Program-made: the position numbers and the translations under genes
DNA from: Candidatus Poribacteria bacterium
GTDB lineage: Bacteria; Poribacteria; WGA-4E; WGA-3G
NCBI GenBank assembly: GCA_965208245.1
Contig: OZ242325.1
Coordinates: 158,706-222,705, forward strand
Reading direction: 5' to 3'
Length of the DNA stretch: 64,000 nucleotides
Notes under the pieces: model-generated
What the model was told of the DNA's origin: nothing
The model's database searches: none
The model's input: the letters and a program-made list of their open reading frames with translations, nothing else
Shown here: positions 49,376-59,332 of the stretch, one piece after another
How the letters are laid out: each line of letters starts with the position of its first letter
Position numbering within the stretch: the stretch's first letter is position 1

Positions 49376-49491
49376 TATAGTGAACTTCAGAATTAATGAA
49401 ACACGCCACAACGGGCGAGGTGACCTCGCCCCTACGCTGGATGGTTTTCGTAAACGGTGAAAATGCCTCATTAATTATTGACTTTACTATA
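49376..49491 (-). mobile_element. MITE/REP element, single-core copy, inverted relative to 44606-44791
   Basis: Sequence is tatagtgaacttcagaattaatgaaacacgccacaacgggcgaggtgacctcgcccctacgc...gcctcattaattattgactttactata. Confidence 0.7.
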
Positions 49492-49618
49492 TATCATAGT
49501 TTAGTGTTTAGTTGCTATTTCATGACTGATTGCTGTATTTGTTGATCCGGTATCAAGTATTAGCATTACATTTACCCAAGTTGCTACCCACAAGATTTAG
49601 ACTTGGAAACACTAACTT

Positions 49619-50143
49619 TTAGCAAATATTTGTAGCGTCCACTGGAGGCGGTTCACTGAAATCTTCACCTTTCGCTTCCGCTGCAAGGCGTCGGTTATTC
49701 CAATTTATCCATAAATGCCGTTCTTCAGCTATACCTTCAGCTATACCTTCAGCTATACCTTCAACTATACCTTCAGCTTTTGCTCGCTGAATTTGGCGTT
49801 GAAGGCGTTCTTTATAGATTTGTGTAAGAAACATAATGAAATCAACTCCTTGAAATAAAATGAGAGTGAATCCTGTCGCTACGGCAATAAAAGCTGCAAG
49901 TTGCATAACAATAACCTGTACTGTTTCCATTATAGGTTGTGCTTTCGCTGCTTCATAACGAATCAAAAAGATTGTATAAACTATTACCTCGATTGAAAAT
50001 ACTTTTAGCGCAACATCAACCCAAATTCTACGTATACTGAGGATGCCAACTCTATCGTCTTTTTTATCGTCTTTTTGCATTAACTTTAGATATCTTTTGT
50101 AATTTAATTGTAGCACATTCATTGAGAAGATGCAACACATCAA
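49619..50143 (-). CDS. 2-TM membrane protein, family member 3, with 5 x (K/I)(A/V)EG units and ...WNNRRLAAEAKGEDFSEPPP tail
   Basis: Same layout as 39820-40452. Repeat tract at about 49725-49790. The start is uncertain (several Met). Confidence 0.6.
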   Translation of the reverse strand: MMCCIFSMNVLQLNYKRYLKLMQKDDKKDDRVGILSIRRIWVDVALKVFSIEVIVYTIFLIRYEAAKAQPIMETVQVIVMQLAAFIAVATGFTLILFQGVDFIMFLTQIYKERLQRQIQRAKAEGIVEGIAEGIAEGIAEERHLWINWNNRRLAAEAKGEDFSEPPPVDATNIC

Positions 50144-50290
50144 ACAGACTAAAACAGGGATCCCGCGGATGCGAGACCCCTTGCTTTAGATAGGTTAGTT
50201 CGTAATTCCATATTGGAATACGGAACGGAAGGGATTATGCACGGCAACTTGCAAATATCCCTTTAAATAGAGATAGGTTAGTAAGATTTT

Positions 50291-50328
50291 CCTCAAGAAG
50301 CCACACAAAATGTGGCTTCTTGTTGAGG
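50291..50328 (-). terminator. Strong hairpin downstream of the LTD-protein gene (cctcaagaagccaca-caaaa-tgtggcttcttg(t)tgagg)
   Basis: About 15-bp stem, 33 nt after the stop at 50361. No clear U-tract. Confidence 0.45.
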
Positions 50329-50360
50329 AGATTAGTTAAATTATCCCTGAAATTTAACCC

Positions 50361-53300
50361 TTATTGTGCAGCGTTTTTGATGTCGCCCCACGACGTTGTA
50401 AGTTTTCCTTTCGCTGATATTAAGCCTTTCAACTTGGTTACAGCGAGTTGATTGTGCTGACCTGAGAATGAGATGTCTTCGATCTGATAGTAGTAAATAG
50501 CACCGGGCTTTGCTGTTGTATCAATCCATTTATAGGTGGTACGTTCTGCCGTTGTGCCTTTACCTTGTATCATCTGTTCGTTGACTTGTGTGAATTCACC
50601 GTCGCGGGTTTCGCTACGGAGGATATTGAATCCAGCGTTGTCAAGTTCGGATTCCGTTGTCCATTGGATAGTAACTTTTCCGTTTTCCGATGTTGGACGG
50701 AAGAAGGATAACTCAACGGGTAGTGCTGTGCCGCTGGTATGTAAGGGGGTGCCGAAATCATCACTGCTTCCATACCAGATTTCTTTTGCGGTTGCTAATG
50801 CGGTATCAACAGCATGAACCCATGCAGCCTTCATATTTTTTTCTGCACGTATAAGACTTCCAGATGTACTCATAGGTATCACAGAACCTGTCATATCCCC
50901 TTCCATAGTACGATCAGGGACACCTTTACGCGCCATGCCAGCTTTTCCGAAAACAGTGCCTTGCACACCTCGTGTGCCGCCATCCATGAGACGAATCAAA
51001 GATGTGCGTTTATCATCTGTTGTTAGGGCAGTGGGCCAACGCCAACTGTATGGATCGTCGAGCTCGATACCTTCACGGAGATCAGCTTCTTTCCCATCAA
51101 GGTTACCGATCTCATCAGATACATTTCCAGCACCATCAACAATCTTGATATAGAAACCGCCTGCAGCATTTAACATGTCCTGCCTGCTATTTTTCATATC
51201 CAAAGCTGCTCTGGCACTGTTCGTTCCCCATACACTTGCAACTCTGTGACTTGGGAAGTGACCCGTACCTGAGCTATGCCGTCCAGAGCGAGAAGCGATC
51301 AACACAGTCTGGTTAGGTGGAATGAACTCGATACCCTCAAAATCTTTCAAGTTAATTGTGGCATTGAGTTTACGGTTACTATCTAACCATGAACCGGAGT
51401 TATGGTTTTCAATAATCATACGCCATCCAGCATCTTTGGCACTTTTATCTGCATCACTTCCATCTACTGTAAGGTTAATACCTTTCGTTCTGGATGTGTT
51501 GTGAAGTTCAATCCATTGTGGGTAGCGTCCATTGTCGCTTGTGAGCATCAATTCACTAATGATCAAGCCACCATCATCAATATCTCCAGTTTTACCTTTC
51601 ACGACATCGTTATGGTATCCTGGCGTTCCGGCACCCATGACATCACGGTCATAACCGAGACCGCCTGAGTAGCCGACAATGGCTCCGCCACCTTTACGCC
51701 ATCCGTGTAATGTGCCATTACGTGCCCAGACTTCACCGCTCTTAAATGCATGGGCAGGATCCAGAGATGCATTGTTGTTATTGGAATCACCTGCATTATG
51801 TGCTCGGTAATTATTGCCTGTATGCCCGTTGATGGGCCATGCAAGCGTATTCCAGTAACTGCCGTTTTCAGGTTCCGTTATTTTAGCTGTAACACCAAGC
51901 GTGTTCTTTGTAACTCTTGCAGAACCTGCAACATCGTGCATATGTGTTCGGCTAGTTTTGAATTTATTATCAGCATGGCTTCGCAATATAAGGAAACCAC
52001 CTGCATCCAGTGATGCCGGAATATTCAGAGCTGTGTTATGACTCGCTTTAATATTCAGATATTTATGCTGCCCGGCACCAAGTGTTTGGTTTGCTCTGGC
52101 TTCTCTAATATTCTGTCCTGCAGCAAGACCGGTATCTTCAGGGTCACTATTGACAATTAACAACACTTCACCAGCAGGAATCTTTATATCCCAATTGAAA
52201 TGGATAATGTTCTGTTCATCAGCTTGATCATCCGTACTCGTATTAGTAACCGTTGCGCCGCCAGTGTGATTAAGTCTCCAGCCCTTAAGATTCACCTCAC
52301 CAGTGCTCACATTACGAAATTCAATCCAATCTAAACTATCATCACTACTATGATTAAAGACTTCGTTGATAATAACTTTGTCTTTAGGTGGTGTGTAAGC
52401 AGTAGGACCCGTACGTACTGATGGAAGTCCCTCACGTTCATTTGCTGTACCGGGCGTTCCCTTAAAACCGGGGAAATAGAAACGGTCAGAGGCTTTCCAA
52501 TGTGCAGCATTTGCACCATCGCCATCCTGTTTACTACGATAAATGGAAACAAACGCAGGATCCGCACCGATAATTGCTGGTGTATCACCAGTACTTCGAG
52601 TTGCTGTACCACTACTACCTTTTATAGCTGGATTCCATACATTTTGATGTCCAGCAATATTAGTGATCCTATCAACAACACCAGTTACTTTAGGAGGTGC
52701 TGGGAATGTATCATCAGTAAATATAAATGTAGGATTGGGAACAGGGGTAGTCTTACGATTATAGACTTCAATCCACTGCTGATTTGTATAACCATCTTGT
52801 CCAACACGTGAATTATCAACACCCCACATGATTTCGTTGATAATAACATCAAAATTCTCTGCAGCAGCAGTAGTAACTGCGTCAGCACCCGTGCCTGTAG
52901 TCGTAGTAATAACTAAGTCAATCGTTCCACCACCGACATTGAAGAATTCTTCAAGGTCTGGCATAGCTACATTTGAATTACCGGTAGTTGTTGTAGGGTC
53001 AATTGCAGCTAAATTAGCCTCACCTAGAGTGGATGGTAACACTGGACGAGCTGTTTCAACAGGAAGTGTAGCATCACCAGATCTCAAATAAACACGATAC
53101 GCGTAACCAGCAAGATGATTGGTTGCAAGGACAAGTGAAGTTGCACCTGCCAAATCAGTACCAAGACCTGAATCAAGACCAGTGCTATAACCTTTTAGGG
53201 TTAACCCTGCTGGAACAGTAACGTCCGAATCTGCATCTTCAAGTGTGAGTGTAACGGTTTTACCACTACTAGTAATTTTAGCAGTCGTAGCACCAGCAGC

Positions 53301-53594
53301 ACCACTAACAAAACTTGCTTTCAGTACATCACGATCACCGCCATCGTCATCAGTCGCACCGATCTGTCCATCAGTAGCTGTAAAATCAGAAAGGACTGGT
53401 ACAGGATCCGGATCCTCGGAATATGTAAACGTTATAACGACTTTCCCTTTAACCACAGGAGGTCCTGCAGCATAAGTGGTTGACTCAATATACGCAGTCA
53501 CTGTCACCTGTGCCATTGCGGTTGGCGCGACGACAAGCGCAGCAACGAGTAATATAGAAAAAATAGAAAATGTCAATCTATTTGACAAGTACAT
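50361..53594 (-). CDS. Large secreted protein with three lamin-tail-domain (LTD)-like modules and a C-terminal LPVELSFF... beta-sandwich domain
   Basis: Signal peptide ...VVAPTAMA. Has LTD-type motifs VIINEIMWG...QWIEVYN, VIINEVFNH...DWIEFRN and LIISELMLT...QWIELHN. C-terminal LPVELSFFRPTSENGKVTIQWTTESELDNAGFNILRSE. Confidence 0.7.
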   Translation of the reverse strand: MYLSNRLTFSIFSILLVAALVVAPTAMAQVTVTAYIESTTYAAGPPVVKGKVVITFTYSEDPDPVPVLSDFTATDGQIGATDDDGGDRDVLKASFVSGAAGATTAKITSSGKTVTLTLEDADSDVTVPAGLTLKGYSTGLDSGLGTDLAGATSLVLATNHLAGYAYRVYLRSGDATLPVETARPVLPSTLGEANLAAIDPTTTTGNSNVAMPDLEEFFNVGGGTIDLVITTTTGTGADAVTTAAAENFDVIINEIMWGVDNSRVGQDGYTNQQWIEVYNRKTTPVPNPTFIFTDDTFPAPPKVTGVVDRITNIAGHQNVWNPAIKGSSGTATRSTGDTPAIIGADPAFVSIYRSKQDGDGANAAHWKASDRFYFPGFKGTPGTANEREGLPSVRTGPTAYTPPKDKVIINEVFNHSSDDSLDWIEFRNVSTGEVNLKGWRLNHTGGATVTNTSTDDQADEQNIIHFNWDIKIPAGEVLLIVNSDPEDTGLAAGQNIREARANQTLGAGQHKYLNIKASHNTALNIPASLDAGGFLILRSHADNKFKTSRTHMHDVAGSARVTKNTLGVTAKITEPENGSYWNTLAWPINGHTGNNYRAHNAGDSNNNNASLDPAHAFKSGEVWARNGTLHGWRKGGGAIVGYSGGLGYDRDVMGAGTPGYHNDVVKGKTGDIDDGGLIISELMLTSDNGRYPQWIELHNTSRTKGINLTVDGSDADKSAKDAGWRMIIENHNSGSWLDSNRKLNATINLKDFEGIEFIPPNQTVLIASRSGRHSSGTGHFPSHRVASVWGTNSARAALDMKNSRQDMLNAAGGFYIKIVDGAGNVSDEIGNLDGKEADLREGIELDDPYSWRWPTALTTDDKRTSLIRLMDGGTRGVQGTVFGKAGMARKGVPDRTMEGDMTGSVIPMSTSGSLIRAEKNMKAAWVHAVDTALATAKEIWYGSSDDFGTPLHTSGTALPVELSFFRPTSENGKVTIQWTTESELDNAGFNILRSETRDGEFTQVNEQMIQGKGTTAERTTYKWIDTTAKPGAIYYYQIEDISFSGQHNQLAVTKLKGLISAKGKLTTSWGDIKNAAQ

Positions 53595-54157
53595 TGTAAT
53601 CTCCTTAAAAAAATTAAGTTCAAAAAAATCATGTTAAGGATTCAGGGAATGAAATCCTGTTAACCTATTCTCAAATATCAACTATTGATATCTGTTTACG
53701 TCAAAATGTTCCTAAAACTTTCATATTCTGTGGTGTTCAATAATCATCTTGACACACCACATTTGCCAAAAAATATTATTTAGTTAATTATACGTCAATA
53801 ACTTAAATTAAGCAAATTAATTTTCATATTAACTTATCATCAAACAGTAAATAAGTCCAAAAATCTATAAAATTTGTAAGATGTATCGGGCACTTCTGTT
53901 CATCTACACTTCTGTTCATCTATTTGTGCTAAATTGCCATTTTTGTAACATAATAGATAGTGCGCCATACATAGTTATGTAAAATATAATAACGTATAAA
54001 ATTAAATTAAGCAACAACTTTTTTCATTTTTTGCCTTAATTTATGAAAACATTCTATAGTATTATACACCCTAATATTTGGGATGTCAAGGGAAAAATAC
54101 ACCGCTTTCAAGGAATAGAAGATTGGAAGAGGGGAAGGTTCTATCTACGGTTTTGGG

Positions 54158-55135
54158 TTAGCTGTGTGTTTGTAAACGTTGCAATTGTTCTCGGAGTCGT
54201 GCGACTTCAGTTTCAGCGTTCTCAGCACGGGCTGCTTCCTGTTCAGCAAGTGTTTCAGCGTTCTCAGCACGGGCTGCTTCCTGTTCAGCAAGTGTTTCAG
54301 CGTTCTCAGCACGGGCTGCTTCCTGTTCAGCACGGGATGCCTCCTGTTCAGCACGGGATGCCTCCTGTTCAGCAAGTGTTTCAGCACTCTCAGCACGGGC
54401 TGCTTCCTGTTCAGCACGGGCTGCCTCTTGTTCAGCACGGGCTGCCTCTTGTTCAGCAAGTGTTTCAGCACTCTCAGCACGGGCTGCTTCCTGTTCAGCG
54501 CGTGTTGCTTCCTGTTCAGCACGGGCTTCGGCTGCTTCGGTTGGGGTCTGCAGCCATGCACCCGCAACAGGATCATAGAAACCTAAACCTTCATCATCCA
54601 CATGGAAATCTAAACTGAGAACATCAGAATGTAGACCCCCATCTGCATGCTCAGATATCGGAACATAAACACCACCAACTAATGTCCAACCCATCAGTTG
54701 AGATGCCAAAAATAAACCTTCCGCATCATATAAAAAGTAATCTTGGATACCTAAAGAGGTATAGAGGTCCATTTTTTTCCCTAAATCTTCAGCATAAGTG
54801 GTTTTGCTACTGAACTCCATCACAAAATCAGGCAGTTTACCTTCCACCCAAACAAGATACGTATTCCGCCTTTTTTTATCTAATCCGAAAGAGACTAACA
54901 CATCCGGGGCAACGACTCGGTGCGGATCACCCTCCACATAATACATCAGTATATCACCAGAAACATAAACATCCGGTTGTTGTGTGTAATGTGCCTTAAG
55001 TGTATCTATTGTGCAATTGAGTATATCTCTGTGCAGATCGCTCGCAGCCATGGGTTTACCATCCGTATCAGGGTAATATATCGGTATGTCTGTTGGAGCA
55101 GAAGATATTTTCTGCTTATCTGTATAGGTTGTCAT
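54158..55135 (-). CDS. Uma2 (DUF820) family PD-(D/E)XK endonuclease, copy 1, 325 aa, 14 tail heptads
   Basis: Has VVAPDVLVSFG, LPDFVMEFSSKTT and KMDLYTSLGIQDYFLYD. RBS is AAGGAG. The tail ends NAETEVARLREQLQRLQTHS. Confidence 0.88.
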   Translation of the reverse strand: MTTYTDKQKISSAPTDIPIYYPDTDGKPMAASDLHRDILNCTIDTLKAHYTQQPDVYVSGDILMYYVEGDPHRVVAPDVLVSFGLDKKRRNTYLVWVEGKLPDFVMEFSSKTTYAEDLGKKMDLYTSLGIQDYFLYDAEGLFLASQLMGWTLVGGVYVPISEHADGGLHSDVLSLDFHVDDEGLGFYDPVAGAWLQTPTEAAEARAEQEATRAEQEAARAESAETLAEQEAARAEQEAARAEQEAARAESAETLAEQEASRAEQEASRAEQEAARAENAETLAEQEAARAENAETLAEQEAARAENAETEVARLREQLQRLQTHS

Positions 55136-55205
55136 CGGTGTTTCTCCTTTTAGTCAAATACATGAAAGTATTTTAATACTTGAACCGTGGAGACTGCTTT
55201 TGCTA

Positions 55206-55235
55206 ATTATAACTGAGAATCGATAAAAATAACAA
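55206..55235 (-). promoter_or_regulatory. Candidate sigma70-type promoter of an array unit (TTGTTA-N18-TATAAT on the minus strand), repeated in every full-length spacer
   Basis: Read directly, ~70 nt upstream of the ATG. Not tested. In the two short spacers the -35 part is deleted. Confidence 0.3.
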
Positions 55236-55493
55236 GCACTTTAAAGTCCTATGCTAAAAATATGATTTTATCAGTCCGCAGGTCGGGTAGAGGGTAGCGT
55301 CATTAAAATATTAACTGGCGACACGATCAAACTTCTGTCGGGGGTCGCTACACTCAAACCAAACTACAAAGTCTACTATTAGCCCTACACAAAAACTGAC
55401 AATCTCTTAAAACTGAAGAACCCTGCCGACCTACGAAGAAAACTTGACAAGGTATTAGCTTACAAAAACTTTACACACCCTTATGGGTTTGGG

Positions 55494-56387
55494 TTAGCTA
55501 TGTGTTTGTAAACGTTGCAATTGTTCTCGGAGTCGTGCGACTTCAGTTTCAGCCGCCTCAGCACGGGATGCTTCCTGTTCAGCACGGGCTGCTTCTTGTT
55601 CAGCAAGTGTTTCAGCACTCTCAGCACGGGCTGCCTCCTGTTCAGCACGGGCTGCCTCCTGTTCAGCACGGGCTGCTTCCTGTTCAGCACGGGCTGCCTC
55701 TTGTTCAGCAAGTGTTTCAGCGTTCTCAGCACGGGCTGCTTCCTGTTCAGCGCGTGTTGCTTCCTGTTCAGCACGGGCTTCGGCTGCTTCGGTTGGGGTC
55801 TGCAGCCATGCACCCGCAACAGGATCATAGAAACCTAAACCTTCATCATCCACATGGAAATCTAAACTGAGAACATCAGAATGTAGACCCCCATCTGCAT
55901 GCTCAGATATCGGAACATAAACACCACCAACTAATGTCCAACCCATCAGTTGAGATGCCAAAAATAAACCTTCCGCATCATATAAAAAGTAATCTTGGAT
56001 ACCTAAAGAGGTATAGAGGTCCATTTTTTTCCCTAAATCTTCAGCATAAGTGGTTTTGCTACTGAACTCCATCACAAAGTCAGGCAGTTTACCTTCCACC
56101 CAAACAAGATACGTATTCCGCCTTTTTTTATCTAATCCGAAAGAGACTAACACATCCGGGGCAACGACTCGGCGCGGATCACCCTCCACATAATACATCA
56201 GTATATCACCAGAAACATAAACATCCGGTTGTTGTGCGTAATGTGCCTTAAGTGTATCTATTGTGCAATTGAGTATATCTCTGTGCAGATCGCTTGCAGC
56301 CATGGGTTTACCATCCGTATCAGGGTAATATATCGGTATGTCTGTTGGAGCAGAAGATATTTTCTGCTTATCTGTATAGGTTGTCAT
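55494..56387 (-). CDS. Uma2 family endonuclease, copy 2, 297 aa, 10 tail heptads
   Basis: Same core as copy 1. Confidence 0.88.
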   Translation of the reverse strand: MTTYTDKQKISSAPTDIPIYYPDTDGKPMAASDLHRDILNCTIDTLKAHYAQQPDVYVSGDILMYYVEGDPRRVVAPDVLVSFGLDKKRRNTYLVWVEGKLPDFVMEFSSKTTYAEDLGKKMDLYTSLGIQDYFLYDAEGLFLASQLMGWTLVGGVYVPISEHADGGLHSDVLSLDFHVDDEGLGFYDPVAGAWLQTPTEAAEARAEQEATRAEQEAARAENAETLAEQEAARAEQEAARAEQEAARAEQEAARAESAETLAEQEAARAEQEASRAEAAETEVARLREQLQRLQTHS

Positions 56388-56745
56388 CGGTATTTCTCCT
56401 TTTAGTCAAATACATGAAAGTATTTTAATACTTGAACCGTGGAGACTGCTTTTGCTAATTATAACTGAGAATCGATAAAAATAACAAGCACTTTAAAGTC
56501 CTATGCTAAAAATATGATTTTATCAGTCCGTAGGTCGGGTAGAGGGTAGCGTCATTAAAATATTAACTAGCGACACGATCAAACTTCTGTCGGGGGTCGC
56601 TTCGCTCAAACCAAACTACAAAGTCCACTATTAGCCCTACACAAAAACTGACAATCTCTTAAAACTGAAGAACCCTGCCGACCTACGAAGAAAACTTGAC
56701 AAGGTATTAGCTTACAAAAACTTTACACACCCTTATGGGTTTGGG

Positions 56746-57618
56746 TTAGCTATGTGTTTGTAAACGTTGCAATTGTTCTCGGAGTCGTGCGACTTCAGTT
56801 TCAGCCGCCTCAGCACGGGATGCTTCCTGTTCGGCACGGGCTGCTTCTTGTTCAGCAAGTGTTTCAGCACTCTCAGCACGGGCTGCTTCCTGTTCAGCAC
56901 GGGCTGCCTCTTGTTCAGCACGGGCTGCCTCTTGTTCAGCAAGTGTTTCAGCACTCTCAGCACGTGTTGCTTCCTGTTTTGCAAGTGTTTCAGCGTTCTC
57001 AGCGCGTGCTTCGGCTGCTTCGGTTGGGGTCTGCAGCCATGCACCCGCAACAGGATCATAGAAACCTAAACCTTCATCATCCACATGGAAATCTAAACTG
57101 AGAACATCAGAATGTAGACCCCCATCTGCATGCTCAGATATCGGAACATAAACACCACCAACTAATGTCCAACCCATCAGTTGAGATGCCAAAAATAAAC
57201 CTTCCGCATCATATAAAAAGTAATCTTGGATACCTAAAGAGGTATAGAGGTCCATTTTTTTCCCTAAATCTTCAGCATAAGTGGTTTTGCTACTGAACTC
57301 CATCACAAAATCAGGCAGTTTACCTTCCACCCAAACAAGATACGTATTCCGCCTTTTTTTATCTAATCCGAAAGAGACTAACACATCCGGGGCAACGACT
57401 CGGCGCGGATCACCCTCCACATAATACATCAGTATATCACCAGAAACATAAACATCCGGTTGTTGTGTGTAATGTGCCTTAAGTGTATCTATTGTGCAAT
57501 TGAGTATATCTCTGTGCAGATCGCTTGCAGCCATGGGTTTACCATCCGTATCAGGGTAATATATCGGTATGTCTGTTGGAGCAGAAGATATTTTCTGCTT
57601 ATCTGTATAGGTTGTCAT
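56746..57618 (-). CDS. Uma2 family endonuclease, copy 3, 290 aa, 9 tail heptads
   Basis: Same core as copy 1. Confidence 0.88.
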   Translation of the reverse strand: MTTYTDKQKISSAPTDIPIYYPDTDGKPMAASDLHRDILNCTIDTLKAHYTQQPDVYVSGDILMYYVEGDPRRVVAPDVLVSFGLDKKRRNTYLVWVEGKLPDFVMEFSSKTTYAEDLGKKMDLYTSLGIQDYFLYDAEGLFLASQLMGWTLVGGVYVPISEHADGGLHSDVLSLDFHVDDEGLGFYDPVAGAWLQTPTEAAEARAENAETLAKQEATRAESAETLAEQEAARAEQEAARAEQEAARAESAETLAEQEAARAEQEASRAEAAETEVARLREQLQRLQTHS

Positions 57619-57975
57619 CGGTGTTTCTCCTTTTAGTCAAATACATGAAAGTATTTTAATACTTGAACCGTGGAGACTGCTTTTGCTAATTATAACTGAG
57701 AATCGATAAAAATAACAAGCACTTTAAAGTCCTATGCTAAAAATATGATTTTATCAGTCCGCAGGTCGGGTAGAGGGTAGCGTCATTAAAATATTAACTA
57801 GCGACACGATCAAACTTCTGTCGGGGGTCGCTACACTCAAACCAAACTACAAAGTCCACTATTAGCCCTACACAAAAACTGACAATCTCTTAAAACTGAA
57901 GAACCCTGCCGAACTACGAAGAAAACTTGACAAGGTATTAGTTACAAAAACTTTACACACCCTTATGGGTTTGGG

Positions 57976-58974
57976 TTAGCTATGTGTTTGTAAACGTTGC
58001 AATTGTTCTCGGAGTCGTGCGACTTCAGTTTCAGCCGCCTCAGCACGGGATGCTTCCTGTTCGGCACGGGCTGCTTCTTGTTCAGCAAGTGTTTCAGCGT
58101 TCTCAGCACGGGCTGCCTCCTGTTCAGCACGGGCTGCTTCTTGTTCAGCAAGTGTTTCAGCGTTCTCAGCACGGGATGCTTCCTGTTCAGCAAGTGTTTC
58201 AGCGTTCTCAGCACGGGCTGCCTCTTGTTCAGCACGGGCTGCCTCTTGTTCAGCACGGGCTGCCTCTTGTTCAGCACGGGCTGCCTCTTGTTCAGCAAGT
58301 GTTTCAGCGTTCTCAGCACGGGATGCTTCCTGTTTTGCAAGTGTTTCAGCGTTCTCAGCACGTGCTTCGGCTGCTTCGGTTGGGGTCTGCAGCCATGCAC
58401 CCGCAACAGGATCATAGAAACCTAAACCTTCATCATCCACATGGAAATCTAAACTGAGAACATCAGAATGTAAACCACCATCTGCATGCTCAGATACAGG
58501 AACATAAACACCATCAACTAATGTCCAACCCATCAGTTGAGATGCCAAAAATAAACCTTCCGCATCATATAAAAAGTAATCTTGGATACCTAAAGAAGCA
58601 TAGAGGTCCATTTTTTTCCCTAAATCTTCAGCATAAGTGGTTTTGCTACTGAACTCCATCACAAAATCAGGCAGTTTACCTTCCACCCAAACAAGATACG
58701 TATTCCGCCTTTTTTTATCTAATCCGAAAGAGACTAACACATCCGGGGCAACGACTCGGTGCGGGACACCTTTCACGTAATACATCAGTATATCACCAGA
58801 AACATAAACATCCGGTCGTTGTGCGTAATGTGCCTTAAGTGTTTCTAGTGTGCAATTGAGTATATCTCTGTGCAGGTCGCTCGCAGCCATGGGTTTACCA
58901 TCCGTATCAGGGTAATATATCGGTATGTCTGTTGGAACAGAAGATATTTTCTGCTTAGCTGTATAGGTTGTCAT
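57976..58974 (-). CDS. Uma2 family endonuclease, copy 4, 332 aa, 15 tail heptads
   Basis: Same core, variant haplotype (LETL, AQR, KGVPH, ASLG, DGVYVPVS). Confidence 0.88.
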   Translation of the reverse strand: MTTYTAKQKISSVPTDIPIYYPDTDGKPMAASDLHRDILNCTLETLKAHYAQRPDVYVSGDILMYYVKGVPHRVVAPDVLVSFGLDKKRRNTYLVWVEGKLPDFVMEFSSKTTYAEDLGKKMDLYASLGIQDYFLYDAEGLFLASQLMGWTLVDGVYVPVSEHADGGLHSDVLSLDFHVDDEGLGFYDPVAGAWLQTPTEAAEARAENAETLAKQEASRAENAETLAEQEAARAEQEAARAEQEAARAEQEAARAENAETLAEQEASRAENAETLAEQEAARAEQEAARAENAETLAEQEAARAEQEASRAEAAETEVARLREQLQRLQTHS

Positions 58975-59332
58975 CGGTGTTTCTCCTTTTAGTCAAATAC
59001 ATGAAAGTATTTTAATACTTGAACCGTGGAGACTGCTTTTGCTAATTATAACTGAGAATCGATAAAAATAACAAGCACTTTAAAGTCCTATGCTAAAAAT
59101 ATGATTTTATCAGTCCGTAGGTCCGGTAGAGGGTAGCGTCATTAAAATATTAACTGGCGACACGATCAAACTTCTGTCGGGGGTCGCTACACTCAAACCA
59201 AACTACAAAGTCCACTATTAATCCTACACAAAAACTGACAATCTCTTAAAACTGAAGAACCCTGCCGAACTACGAAGAAAACTTGACAAGGTATTAGCTT
59301 ACAAAAACTTTACACACCCTTATGGGTTTGGG

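Noticed and set aside
55280-55440. Long-range inverted repeat in the Uma2 spacers (cg(c/t)aggtcggg ... ccgac/actacg) as a structured ncRNA
   Set aside because: SNPs in the two arms do not covary between spacers. For example, left t pairs with right c/a in different combinations. The left arm is entirely deleted in two spacers.
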